A stretch of 64,000 nt of DNA from Chiloscyllium plagiosum (taxonomy: Eukaryota), in the NCBI RefSeq assembly GCF_004010195.1, contig NC_057718.1, positions 26,260,990 to 26,324,989 of the forward strand, read 5' to 3'. The position numbers and the translations under genes are program-made. Shown in pieces: positions 37,198 through 50,590 of the stretch; position 1 is the first letter of the stretch, and each line of letters opens with the position of its first letter. Under the pieces are notes generated by a model. That model made no database searches, was not told where the DNA came from, and saw only the letters and a program-made list of their open reading frames with translations.

Positions 37198-37547
37198 TTC
37201 AAGATTCATGGAGTTCCTTCAAACTGCAAGTAGCAGATATAATGTTCAATTCAGTGAAATACATTTCCAATTACTTTCCAATCTCAGGTAGGGCACTTAG
37301 TATTATAGTGCTCATTATATGTCTGCAGTTACTTGTTTTTTTCTGGAGCTCTAATAAAATGATACTGTCTACACTGCAATCCAAATGCCTACTGGGCAGA
37401 AGAATGTTTGACCTTCATTTCCTATCTTTTGTCAGACCTGATAATAAGTCAATTGAAGTAATAACTTCAATTCTGGTAATAAGTATATTTCCATCATTTT
37501 TTGCTGTTCACTGAATTTGAAATGAATTCTGATATTTCGTTATTATG

Positions 37548-38940
37548 GGCATGAGTAGTCTATTCAGCCCTCAGACCTGCTCCACCATTTAATAAGACAA
37601 TGGCTAAACCAATTGTAGACTCACCTCTAATTTCATCTCTGCTTCCGATACTATTTGACTCCCTTGTCAGTCAAGAATCTATCCAACACAGCATTAAAAC
37701 CATTCAATGACCCTGTCATCACTGTTCCCTGGGTAGGGGAATTAGAGTGAGGAGGAGACTAGTCATCCTCTGAAAGAAAAGGATTCTTCTCGTCTCTTTT
37801 ACCTTTAACCGTCTTCCCTACTTCCCATCTCTCCTATAAGAAGAAATATTCTTTCCACAACCACCTTAGCAATGCCCTCAGTAACTCATATGCTTCAGTA
37901 AGATCACCTCTCATTCTTTTACATTTGTCAATACAAGCCCAACCTGTCCACATTTTCCTCAACCCTTTCTTTGCAGGAATTAGTTCAGTGAACCTTCGAA
38001 TGCAAATCTGCCCTTTCTCAAATAAGAAGAGAAAAACTGCACATAATACTTTGGATATAGTCTCGTCAATGCCCTGTACAACTACACACCAAAATGTCTC
38101 TACTTTTATATTCCACTCCTTATCATAAATGAAGGATTTGATACCCTTGCCTTCACTGGTCAGCGCATTGAGTATAGGATGTCATGTTGTAACTATAGAG
38201 GGCATTGATGAGGTCATTTTTAGAGTACTGCGTTCAATTCTGGTCTCCCTGCTATAGCAAAGATGTTGTTAAAGGTAAACTTGAAAGGGTTCAGAAAAGA
38301 TTTACAAGGATGTTGCTAGGATTGGATGGCTTGTGCTACTATGAAGTGTGATTAGGCTGGGGCTATTTTCCCTGGAGCATCAGAGGCTGAGGGGTGACCA
38401 TATAAAAGCTTATAAAATCATGAAGGGCATGGATAGGATGAATAGCCAAGGTCTTTTTTCCAGGGTTAGGGAGTCCAAAACTAGAGGGCATAGGTTTAAG
38501 GTGAGAGGGGCAAGATTTAAAAGGGAACTGAGGGGTGACTTCTTCACTCACATATGGAATGAGTTGCTAGAGGAAGTGGTGGAGGCTAGTACAATTATGG
38601 CATTTAAAAGGCATCTGGATGAGTATATGATTGGGAAGGGTTTAGAGGGACATGAGCCAACTGCTGGCAAATGGGGCTAGATCAGCTTAGGATATCTGGT
38701 CGGCATGGATGGGTTGGACTGAAGGGTGTGTTTCCATGCTATATAACTTGATGACTCTCTGACAAAATCCCGTTTGCCTTCCTCAACATCTGCTGTATCT
38801 TCAAACTAACATTCTGTGATTCATGTGCCATGATACTTACATCATTTTGTACCTCAGAGGTTTGCAAACTATCTCCTTTTAAATAATACTCTGATTTGCT
38901 ATACTTCCCACCAAGAGGGACAACCTCATACTTTTCCACA
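37548..38940 (-). mobile_element. Old CR1 3' fragment split by a + strand CR1
   Basis: Minus-strand CR1 tail at ~37550; host sequence ...atcataaatga| resumes as |caaaatcccgtttgcc at ~38762. Confidence 0.7.
38131..38760 (+). mobile_element. 5'-truncated CR1 (HER1-like) 3' end
   Basis: ORF 38348-38680 reads RLGLFSLEHQRLRGDHIKAYKIM; tail ggactgaagggtgtgtttccatgct...atgactct. Confidence 0.88.
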
Positions 38941-40010
38941 TAAGAACTAGGAGCAGGAAGTAGGCAATTCACCCCTTCAGCGTACTTCACCATTTGATGC
39001 AATCATGGCTGACCTCATCTCGAATTTAACATCACTTTCCTGCATGCTCTCTATAACCCTTCAACCTGTTGCTAATTAAATATTTATCTATCTGCTCCTG
39101 AAATGTATTCAATATCCAAGCATCCACTGCAGTCTGGAATAGTGAATTCCACAGACTCACCCCAACCTGAGAGAATTAAGTTAAATCAGCTACTCCTTAT
39201 CCTAAACTATGGCCTCTCATTCTAGATTGCCCCACATAAGGAACTGTCATCTCTGCATCTACTTTGTTAATCCCCTTTAGCATCTTATCAATCTCAATTA
39301 GATCTCCTCATTCTTCCAAACTCCAGAGACAATAGACCTACACTGCTTAATCAATCCCTCTGATTTTATCTTCATAAGACAAAGCCGTCAGCACTAAAGT
39401 TAATCTAGTGAACTTCCTCTGCTTACATCATAGACCACCAGCCAAATTTTTGTCTTAATAATTTTTGTCTAAATTCCATTATAGACTTCTGTGTCTTCCT
39501 TTCCTGCTTCTCTTTGGATCATCAGCAAATTTAGCTACCATACTTCATTAAAGTCATTGATAAAGATTGTAAACACATGATCCTAGCAGTGATCTCTGTG
39601 GAACTCCACTTATTGCACCTGACCAAACTGAAACTTTTAATGCCTAATCCCTGCATTCAATCATTCAACCAATCCTGGACTGAAGGGTCTGTTTCCATGC
39701 TGTACATCTCTATGACTGTATGACTCTATGTTAGCATGAGTTTTTATCTTGTGTAGCAAACATTGATCTTATCAGATGCCTTCTGAAAATCCAAGTACAG
39801 TATGCCACATTTACAATTCTGAGTTCTGAGGATGGGTCGCTGGACCTGAAATGTTAACTCTGATTTCTCTTCATGGATGCTGCCAGACCTACTAAGCTTT
39901 TCCAGCAACTTCTGTTTTTGATGCCACATTACAGGTTCCCCTTTATCCATTTTACTTGTTACTTCCTCAAGGAATTTTAATTAATTGGTAAAACATGATT
40001 TCCCTTTCAC
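38941..40010 (-). mobile_element. Decayed CR1 fragments with a small CR1/SINE tail (~39676-39730) and PLE-derived (~39815-39920) inserts
   Basis: Minus-strand tail taagaactaggagcaggaagtagg; MDKGEPV...LYLDFQKASDK remnant split by a PLE-like piece. Confidence 0.65.
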
Positions 40011-40562
40011 TAATGCTTGTTACAAATTGCCTCTTTTCAATTCTACCAAATCTCTAATTGAATTTAATGGTCAAAAGTTAGTTCTAAACAACTTCTCAAA
40101 CTTCTCAACACAAACAAAGCTATACTTTGTTGTTCTTTCAAGAGCTTCAATGTAAGTTAAAGGCCTTGTGATTTGCAATTTTGTTTTTATCAATGCTTAT
40201 GAAAAATATGCTGATGCCATGCCTTATCTCTTCACGAAAATTGTTGAGTGGCATTTGGGCCCTACTTCCAAACAAGACTAATTCATCAACAATGTCCCAG
40301 GTTATGGCTCTTTTCTTCTAGTCTTCAAAGAACTAGAGGCTATGTTCACACAGCATATTGCTCCAAATCTGTACAACATTGCTCTGTGCCTAACTCTCTT
40401 TTAATCATTTAAACACCTCAATTAGATTGCCCTGAATGATTTGTATTAAAGAGGATACAAATCTAGTCTATCTATTCAATTTGTCCTCATAATTTAAATC
40501 TGATAGTTGCAATATCATTTTTGTAACTGTCTGCTGCAAAGTTAAACATTCTTTCTGTCATA

Positions 40563-41390
40563 ACACAGTGATTTAGTGGTTAGCATAGAGCCATAGAGAT
40601 GTACAGCATGGAAACAGACCCTTCGGTCCAACTCGTCCATGCCGACCAGAGATCCCAACCCAATCTATTCCCACCTGCTAGCACCTGGCCCATATCCCAT
40701 CCAGATGCCTTTTAAATATTGTAATTGTACGAGCCTCCACCACTTACTCTGGCAGCTCATTCCATACACGTACCACCCTCTGCATGAAACAATTGCCCAT
40801 TGGTCTCTTTTATATGTTTCCCCTCTCACCCTAAACCTATGCCTTCTAGTACTGGACTCCCCCACGCCAGGGAAAAGACTTTGTCTATTTATTCCTTCAT
40901 GATTTTATAAATTTCTACAAGATCACCTCGCAGCCTCAGACGCTCCAGGGAAAACAGCCTTACCTATTCAACCATCATCTTATAGCTCAAATCTTCCAAC
41001 CCTGGCAATATCCTTGTAAATCGTTTCTGAACGCTTTCAAGTTTCACAACATCTTTCCGGTTGCATTGCTGCCTCACAGCACTCGGGACCTAGCTTTGAT
41101 TCCAGCCTCGGACAACTGTCTGTGTGGAGTTTGCACATTCTTCCCATGTCTATGTGGGTTTTCTCCTGGTGGTCCAGCTTCCTTCCACAGTGCAAAGATG
41201 TACAGGTTAGGTGAATTAGCCATGCTAAATCGCTCATAGTGTTCACAAATGTGTAGGTTAGATGCAATAGTCAGGGGAAATGTAGAGTAATAGGACAGGA
41301 GACTGGGTCTGGGTGGGATACTCTTCACAGAGTCAGTGTGGACGTGTTAGGCCAAATGGCCGTTTCTACACTGTAGGGACTCTATGATTC
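40563..41390 (+). mobile_element. HE1-type V-SINE split in its tRNA head by a CR1 insertion
   Basis: cacagtgatttagtggttagca [insert] ttgctgcctcacagc...gtgtggagtttgcacattc (V domain)...ctatgattc tail. Confidence 0.85.
40587..41058 (-). mobile_element. CR1 (HER1-like) 3' fragment
   Basis: Minus-strand tail (ctctatg)n and 3'UTR; imperfect TSD ggttagcat/ggttgcat. Confidence 0.85.
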
Positions 41391-42900
41391 ATGCAGTGCC
41401 AAGGTTTAAAATAGCACTCCAGATGGAGCCTTATCAAACCTTTATGTATCTGTATCACATTGTCTGCCACTTTGCATTCTAGCTCCCTTGAGATAAAGAC
41501 AAATATTTCATTACCATTTTTGTTTATATTTTGTATATATCCACCAGCTTTTAGTGATTTGTGTACATGAATCTATTAATTACTCTCTTCCTCCACAGTT
41601 CCTCACATTTTATCATTTAGAAAATGTATCGTTTCTAGGTTCAAAGTAGATGCCACTGATGTTCTCATTTATTAAGGAATAGTTATATGCGCTTGCTTAA
41701 TCTTTCAATACCCCTTTGCATCTATCTGCTCCCATCAATACTGTTTACCATTTATATTAGTGCATACTATCAACACCATATAATTCTAAATTATCTGAAA
41801 AAAAGCGTATTGGTGGCTTGTGATAATATCACTGGACTAATTGTGCAGAGGCCCAGGCTAATCCTTTGTAGAATACAAATTCAAAATTCTCACCAAACTT
41901 CGGTCAAAACCATGGAACTTCCTTCCTCACATCCCTGTGCATGTGCCTCTACTCCAAAGACTACATCAGTTCAAGAAGGCATCTTTTCAAGGGCATTTAA
42001 AGATGGGCAATAAATGGTGAACAAGCCACTGATACCCACCATGCATGAATGACTGTAAAATCTCACCACAGACCTGGAATTGGAAAATATTTTCAGCAAT
42101 AGCAGTCAACATTTGTGAAAGCATTATCAGTTGTTGCAAGAAGACATGTGGTCAAATCACATTTGACTTAATCAATCTAAGATATATTGGAAATTAATTA
42201 CCCTTTGAAATGGCCTACAAAATCCAATTAATTCGAGCACAATTAGGGATGGGCAAAGATGCTAATCTTGACACAATGTCCACAAAAGAAAACAAATGTA
42301 AGTTAAGTGAAAAACTGAAGCATCTGTGCAGATCCCTGGGGGACAATATCAATCAGATCTCCCAAAACTGAGTTGATTCCCTTTAGTCAAACTTCAGCTC
42401 TGACCTCCTAATCAAAATAACTTTCTTTCAATTCCATGTGCTCTTATCTTAATTCACAGTTCTTCACATGGAACTTTACAAGATGTCTTGTGGATGTCGA
42501 TATAAATAACAGCCAAAGAATTTCTGTATCTGCCATTTTAGTTTCCCCCTCAAAAAAATTCAATGATGTTCATTCAATGTGATTTAGTCTTTAAAAATCT
42601 ATCTTCACTTTCTCTGAACAGTTCAAATTTGTCGAAACGATCTGTAACACTGTCTCTAATAATGGATTGTTGTAATTTCTGGACACCAGATGTCAGACTT
42701 AAAAGACCTTAATTTATCTCCCCTTCTTAAGAGTGCTCTGTTAAAGCAATTTTGAGTCTTTATATAGTGGCATTTCTATTATGTTGCAAACAAAATGTAC
42801 CCAGAATGATTATCTGTGATCTTATTTTGTGTCGTCCTGTTAAAATTTGAAATAAGGCTCTTTAAGTTGATTGTATTATGCTCTCATCGAATCTTTGCTT
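41391..42900 (-). mobile_element. Very old CR1 RT remnants with SINE remnants (~41805-42290) inserted
   Basis: Minus-strand remnants IIRDSVT..., IIEFF, VIYIDI, IKIRAHGIE; SINE-like head and tail (gatgggcaataaatg...atgcatgaatga) on +. Confidence 0.55.
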
Positions 42901-45900
42901 TTCTCATGTTGACCTCTAGATAAGAAATTACTGCTGAATAGCCCAATAAATTTCACTGACTGTATAGCACAGTGACGTCAAGTGTAGGAGTGTTAGATGG
43001 TACCGTTCACACTTCTGCCTATAATTCTCACATATTGGATTACTGAATCTCAAACTTTTATCAAAGGGATGTCAGGTACTATCCAACTTGAAATATGAAG
43101 AATTATTGCCCAAATCACCTTAGGCTATTTTCATACACCTTTGACAAGATGGTTTAAGAGCAGCACTGAATGAGGCTTAAAAATTAGACAAACTTATACA
43201 CAGTCAAGAAATGCTACATAATCTAAGAAGAATTTAAAGTGGTGTCGAGAGAAAATAATTAAAAAGAGAGAATTTCAATTTGATATTGCTTCCTTCTGCA
43301 CACCTCCAGGCTTACATGCACAGCTATCTTCTCTAGTCCCATTTCCTTTGATATAGGCCCAAGTACAGTCCCACACCACTGCTCTGGATTTCCATGTGGT
43401 CCTTTTTCAAATTGTGATTGATTCAAAACGTACCTGTCTTCAAGTGTACTTTTCAATTGATGGTACAGCTAATTAAGCCAGCCTCCTCCTTGTTCTATTT
43501 TACTTACCTGTTTTGAAAACAAAACTATAATTTTTTTCTTAATGACTCTATAAATCAATAATAAAGCATCAGTTTCTATTAGGAGTAATGTGGGCTACTC
43601 CTGCACAGAGAGAAAACAGACTGTAATTGTGCCCCATTGTGACTGCAGTCATTTCAGGCAGTTGACAAGGTAGATATGCAGAGCAGTTGTATAGTTATAA
43701 ACGTCTAATCACGATGTCAAGGCAATTGCTTTTCCCAGAGGTAAGCGAATATTAATTTCCACATTAGCAAAGTTCCATAGAATAAAATTAACTAATATAG
43801 CATAAAATCAAAAATAAATAAAAACTATGAGAATGATTTAAATTTGGCTCTTACTGCCAATTTAAAACATTAAAGATATTCTGCAATAATCAGTTGCAGT
43901 TTTTGAGGGGCAGTTTGTTTTTTATTTACTTTCATTGCCTTTAATTTGGAACTAATGGTGTTAGGTGAAAATTCTTCACTGCAGGATACAGTTGTGAAAT
44001 GTTACCAGAGAAAGACATTGAAGCCAATAATATGAATGGATTCAGGAGGCAATTAAAAGTGTTTGTGGAGAAGAAAGAGATTAAAAGACAAGATGTATGG
44101 GTGCTTAGCTGGGGTTCATCTATCAGAATTGAATGAATCTCTGTGTGTCTTGCCAAGCAATACACAGTTCTATTTGTCTGTGAGAAGTGCACATTTTTAA
44201 ATGTGAGATTGGGACAGGATAAGCAACTACTGTGACATTCCCCACAGTTAAAAACACAATTAATAATCGGTCTAATTGGTGTAGTTGGAATGGAGTTGTG
44301 TATGCAATTATTTTTCTGAATTTCTGTTACTTCTGGATTTTCAAATTCATCTTGTAAGCATTTGTTTTCGTCAGTACAGTTCTTCCACCAAAATATTTGT
44401 GTTTCATCTTCAATGCAGCTTTGCGTGAAATGATACAGTGTAAGAATTCTGGAATTTGAGTTATTTTAGTCAACAATATTGTTTTTAAAGGCATGAATGC
44501 TCCTGTAAATGAAATTAAAATCTGCTTTTCCCACCCCCTACAAGTTTGACCCTCTTTACCTGATTTTATTAATTTGATGTTGATCACCAGGCCTTTGGCA
44601 CCTCACCGAAGTAACTATTCTTCATACGTAAGACTAACCAGTTATTTGTTGTCAGCTATTCATTTCTTCCCTGACTAATGCTTTTAACTTGGCCCTGGAA
44701 CCTATTGTTTAGCTTTTGTATTTCATAGAATACTAACTGTATGCAGTTGCCTCTATGTCGACTAGGCAAAAGGTAAATAAAATTGATTTGGTACACTGCA
44801 CTTTGTATCAAATGATATAGTACTTTGTAGTCAGTCATATGTTACAGTATCAATGTGTAGGATATTAGCACTGCAATGTGAATTACACACTGCATACATT
44901 ATTGCTGAAATAAACCCATGTGTTGATACAGTACAGTAGAAGCAGCTGTAATGTGAATTGCATGCAATATTAAATAGATGGGAGAATATATATGTCACAT
45001 AAGTCACGTGGTACAATATTGCATGCAGTACAAGCCACCAAAAATAATAACATTGTAGTATCTGTCTTACACAAAAATGACATAACTGTTTGAACTTGAA
45101 CAGCAGTCAACTATATAATTGAGTATACCTTAAAGAATTGCAGAAGTTCAATAATACATCAAAAAAAATCCCATGCCCTGTTTTCTGTTCCTTCCAGAAA
45201 GATGTTATTGTTGTGGAACACTCAATCTTCTCCTGTACACGTTCAGCATCAGAAGAAAAATGGGTTACTGTCAACAGAAGTACTTCCATTTGCTATTGAT
45301 ATTGCTTGTCAATATCAAATGGAACTTTAAGCTAGACTAACATTTTTGCTGATAAATTGTGCCCCGTTGACTAATTGCATCATGCCAAATTTATTTGTGG
45401 AAGGGAATGTTAGAAAACATCGTGATACAGAAAGATGTTCTTGAATTCCGCACGTTCATTTTCAGGTTATTAATGGTTTGACTAGCTCACTTCATTAAGA
45501 TGCTTGCCTGCTCTTGCAAATGACCTCATGGTTCTTGTGATTGCAAGAGAGTTTCAACCACAGCACCTGTCAAATCTTTGTGATCCTTGTGCAATGGACT
45601 CATTTCAATGAAACAAAAATATTTATGAAAATCTCTGGTAGCCCTCAAAATATACCATGATGACAGGCAGTTGTTGCTTTTGGGGCTTTGCGAACTCAGT
45701 TAGTGAATATAGACAGCTGATAATGTTTAAGCAAATTTCTGATAGTTTATTGAGTTTGCTAAGAACAGGAGTTTATTAGTTAGTTAATTAGATAAAGCAA
45801 GTATACAGCTGCGACAATTACTTCACTATTATCAGTGGAGACTCAGTCTGTAGGCATAGAATGTGCTGGTCTCCTTAAAGCTCTCCAGCAGGAATTTAAA

Positions 45901-46474
45901 GGCATTCTTCCCTGGGTCATCTTCTTCTTCCTTTGACCCATCTTCCATCTGGAGAAGACAACTGTCCGAGGACTGCCAAATGAGGACCATCTGATGAGGA
46001 CCGCCTGAACGCTTGCTGATTTACCATATTTCTATGAGGCAATAATTTACTCAATGTATCAATTGTCTGACTTTTTTTGGCCAATGACCATGGGCCAGTT
46101 ACTTATGACACCAGGGTGACCATTGACCCTTTACCCATCTTCATCTGAGGGTTAGTTTCCATTCTTTCTAAGAACAAATATTTCTGATTTTTCCAAACAG
46201 TTCACTGATAATAGGATACATATGGCAGCACATAAATTGTTGATGCTGATTCAATGGGTCATTGTGGCCCCAGTGCTTCTCACAGTTCTTCCCTTTTTTT
46301 TTCATCTGCTTGAAATTTGTGAAGTTAATTACTGATGTATTAGCTATTCAGTGAAATGTCATGCTACATAGTAAACACTAGGAAAATTCATTTTTTGAGA
46401 GCCTCCAATTTCCAACAAAGCCCCCATGAGAAGAAAATATCCTTATTGATGTCTAACACCTAATTCTTAATTAA

Positions 46475-46882
46475 AATGAGTTGTGAGAAGATTTGTAGCT
46501 CAGGTTGAGGTTCTGGATGTAGGTTTGCTCGCTGAGCTGGAAGGTTCATTTCCAGATGTTTCGTTACCCTACAAGGTAGCATCTTCAGTGGGCCTCCATA
46601 CGAAGCACTGTTGATGATTCTATTTATACATTTGGGTTTCTTTGGGTTAGTGATGTTATTTCCTGTGATGATGTCATTTCCTGTTCTTTTTCTGAGGGGG
46701 TGGTAGAGAAAAAGAAGCCCCTGATAAAAAGAACCGGAAATGACCTCACCACCGGAAATGACATCACCAACCCAAAGAAACCCAAACATATAAATAGAAA
46801 GCAGGAATCATCAACAGTGCTTCGCCTGGAGGCCCACTGAAGATGTTACCTAGTAAGGTGACAAAACGTCTGAAAATAAACC
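46475..46882. mobile_element. Fold-back derivative of the Poseidon-type PLE
   Basis: The left part matches 29389-29625; the right part (~46720-46882) is its inverted copy. 11-bp TSD ttcttaattaa (46464-46474 / 46883-46893). Hammerhead-like motifs at 46552-46591 (-) and ~46834-46873 (+, GAAA mutated to AAAA). Confidence 0.87.
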
Positions 46883-46944
46883 TTCTTAATTAAGGTATTT
46901 ATTTCTAAGGTACAAATTCATTCCCTAATTTTTTAATTATGTAA

Positions 46945-47277
46945 AATCATGAAATCCCTGCAGCATACAATCAGGCCATTCGGCCTATTGAGTCTACATT
47001 GACCCTCTAAAGAGCATCCCACCCAGTTCCAGCCCTCCACTCTGTTCCTGTAACCGTGCATTTCCCATGGCTAATCCTCCTAATCTACACATCTCTGGAT
47101 ACTTTGGGCAGTTTAGCATAGCCAGTTCATCTAACCTGCCCATCTTTGGATCATGGGAAGAAATAGGAGCATGTGGAAGGAACCCACGCAGATATGTGGA
47201 GAATGTGCAAACTCTACACAGACAGCCGCCGGGTCCCTGGCACTATGAAACAGACTACTGAACCACCATGCTGCCCT
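46945..47277 (-). mobile_element. HE1-type V-SINE
   Basis: Reverse-complement V domain (ggagaatgtgcaaactctacacagacag) and tRNA head ending ...ctgaaccaccatgctgccc. Confidence 0.8.
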
Positions 47278-49995
47278 TATACATTTCAGACAACGCAACT
47301 ACTAGGCTGTAAATATTAAACTTTGAGGCGCTACCACACATAAGGCCAACATTGTCAACCAAGGGATCGGATTGACATTGTAAATCAAGTCAGACCAGCC
47401 ATACTCTCCTAGCTTTTGAAATTCTTCTATGTCTTTGTTTGGCCAGGCCATTTCTTTCTAAGGTATTGGTCCTATCTAAGATTGATATGAGGTTTACAAA
47501 GGGGAGTTGAGCTGCCAGATTAGGAGATGACCTTAAATTGCCTCATTTTGCAAGGAGATATTTACTCTCAGTGCTCTGATGTTACACATGGAATGTTTGA
47601 TCGTGGTTGTTTCAATGAGTTGGAAGCAGAAAGAAGACTTCTAAATGGGGCAAATATCACCACCTTGGTCCCCATGCCTTTTCTTTCCCATTCCTTTATA
47701 TCAAGTTGTTGTACTTCTCACTCTTTTCTCTCTCATTTTGTGTTGAAACTATACTTTTATCCTTTGAGGACTTTGGCTCATCTGTAGCAGATTATAGTAT
47801 CTTCAATTCAGCCTGAAAAATTTTCAAAGTGTTCAGGGAAATTCACTCACAGCGGCACCAAATCAGAGAGAATTCACCACTTCCCCCAATAATTAGAGTG
47901 GAAGGAACCAGCTAGAAGCTGTTCCTGCAATCACAGGCTGGCTTTCACACCTGCTTACTGCTGATACGTTCACTATGGACATGGAGTGAGGCTGAGGTCC
48001 TGGGCTTTGGGGAAGGCACGGGGACAGAAATTGGGGAGAGAGAGTTGCTGCCAGGGACTGTGGGGGTTGTCTAAAGAAGCTGCAGGTGGTGGTGAGGGAC
48101 CATGATTGGGGAGTGTGGGGAATGAGGGGCTGCAAAAGCTGAACAAGGGTTCTCAAAGTCAGGCTGAAAAGTGAGCTGTGTTGCCAGAAAGGAGAGCGTG
48201 GAGCTGCAAAATAGGGAAAGGCTTTGCAAAGGTGTTACAAATTGGAGAAAACAGTTTTCGACAAAAGGAATAGTCTACTACTGAGAAACCAAGAAGACTG
48301 AAGTAATGAAATCCTTGTAACTTAACGTGGAGTCTCTGGATTAAAGCTGTCAGAGTTCATGAGCTATATATATGAGGGAGAGGTACAAGATGTGATTGTA
48401 ACGAGCATTGTGTCAATTGTACACTGAACAGTTTTATTATGTGAAGATTTGTGTTCATGTGTTTTCACATCTCAGGGTGTTTTAATTAATATGAATTACT
48501 TGAGGTATATTTATTGTGCTACAGGCAGTTGTTTAGCTGTGACCCCATCAGTGAACAGAAAGTATGTGATGGATTTTTGTTTCTAAAAATGTGTCAATTA
48601 TTTTAATAAAAAATAATTGTTGTTAACTTATGCAAGTTATTTAGTGCCAATTTAAATATGTTGTTATCCAGGAAGTTAATATCTTCCTCATAGACGTTAC
48701 TTTATGTTTAGTGGAGCAGTGGTGATTATTGAGGATATGAATTAAATCTTCTAATTCTGCTTGTGTGCCAGTTCAAATTCCCCATGTGACAATATAAACA
48801 CAGAAGAATTGTTACTAAGTGACTACATTATCTAATGAAGGAATTAGTGAGACCGAAATTGCAGGGCCTGAAAATCAAAAAGCAGCCATAAAGAAATCTC
48901 CTGAGGAGCCCTCAAATGAACAATATATATGAAGCCCTGCTCTGAAGTTTATTTATTTAGTAATGCCTGCTTCACACCAATGTAGTAGATGCCACATATT
49001 AAATACAACAATAACTTCTCAACCTGCCCTACCACCACCTCTTTTTGGGCAATGAGAGAGAGGGCAACAATATTCAATTGTTCTTATCGAAGTTGCAGAG
49101 TTGGGAATTAAAGTCAATTTTTTTCCTTTTGGATCTAAGCAGTTTAATATCTTTTACAAGTTAATGTACAATTTTCGATCAAGCTCCCTTTATGTATGGC
49201 TCTTGAAGGAACTGAAATCCAATGTGTTTCTCCCCTTCTATAGGATGCTGTTTGCACAGGGATTCACTTGTTTTATTCACAGTCCAGTATATGAAAAGTT
49301 GGGTACTATGTGTGGGAGGCACGGCTAGTTCACTACTAACAAAGAAGTAAACCTTCTATTAAACCATTTAGGTGACACATTAATGGCTCTTTTTGTTGGA
49401 AATCACGTTCAGTATGCTAAATCTCATGTGTAATAGGACGTTGATGTTTGGAACCTATATTTAAAAAGAGCAGAGAGCTAAAGGCCCATTAGTTTAATGT
49501 TACTATAGGCAAGTATATAGATGTTATAATTTGAGATGCATTATATGATAAGCTTGATAAAGCAGTGGCTATTTAGCAACTACAAAATGGTTTCTAGGAA
49601 TCCTAACTTAACAACTTATATTGTCAAAAGACCTAGTTTAAATCAGTCCATTATGTTGGTTTTCCTAAAAAAAACTATCAATTTGTTTCTTTCTGCTATT
49701 CTTAAACCTTTACCATGTAAATTGTAATTATTTAATCATATGTACCAGTCCCTTTTAAAGTTACTATTAAATCTGCAACCAACACCCCTTCAACCAGTGT
49801 AATCATCATAACTCACTGCAATGATTAAAAAATATATTGTATTCCTCATCTCTCGTTGGCAATTTCTATGAATAATCTTAAATCTCTGCCATCTACTATC
49901 TGACTCCCACAAGATGAAATAATTCACAGAGTCTAGTATCCCGTCACCAAGTCGCCCTTTATTTACACGTGCATAATACTTGGCACTGATCTGGC

Positions 49996-50073
49996 AAGGG
50001 CTTTTGCCTGAAATGTTGACTTTCCTCGGACACTGCCTGATATGCTGTGCTTTACCTGCGCCTCACTTTTCAA
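49996..50073 (+). mobile_element. Small PLE-derived insert within the Gypsy LTR
   Basis: Absent from the other LTR; TSD cactg(a/g)tctggc (49984-49995 / 50074-50085); begins aagggcttttgcctgaaatg. Confidence 0.75.
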
Positions 50074-50459
50074 CACTGGTCTGGCTTCTCCAGAGCCAGC
50101 TCTCAGTGAACAGAACCTCTAACACTCCTGTTCATGCCTGTCAGCCAGGGCTCTCTGATTGGACCAGATTAACAGCCCCAATCTAGGAACACATCTTCTA
50201 CGAGGTCCGCCTGGCTGACTCCACTACAAACACTACATCCCTTTCCCTCTAAGTCCAGGAGCTTAGGCCTGTTGTATTTCTTGTAGCTTCTCCTGGGGCA
50301 TTTTTACACTGGGTTGGCTTCCTCCGACTCAGCCTCAGGTCTGGGTAGTGTGTCACCACTTGAGCACAGAACAGAGCATCTTGGAAGACATTCATCCTCG
50401 TTTTCAGGCAGTAAAGGGCTGCAACATCCGTCATGTCCATCTCAGACTCTGAGAAGGGT

Positions 50460-50590
50460 TCCTGAAAAGGGTTCCTTTTGCCCGAAATGTCGATTTCCCT
50501 GCTCCTCGCCTTCTGTCTGACCTGCTATGCTTTTCCAGCAGCACACTTTCAACTCTAATCTCCAGCATCTGCAGTCCTTACTTTTGCCAT
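50460..50590 (+). mobile_element. PLE pseudo-LTR fragment within the Gypsy internal region
   Basis: ttttgcccgaaatgtcgattt...gacctgctatgcttttccagc...ctccagcatctgcagtcc, flanked by gggttc repeats. Confidence 0.75.

Noticed and set aside
45197..45298. Strong + strand acceptor (tttctgttccttccag) as an ALK exon
   Set aside because: No frame resembles the ALK glycine-rich/TNF-like region and there is no convincing donor.
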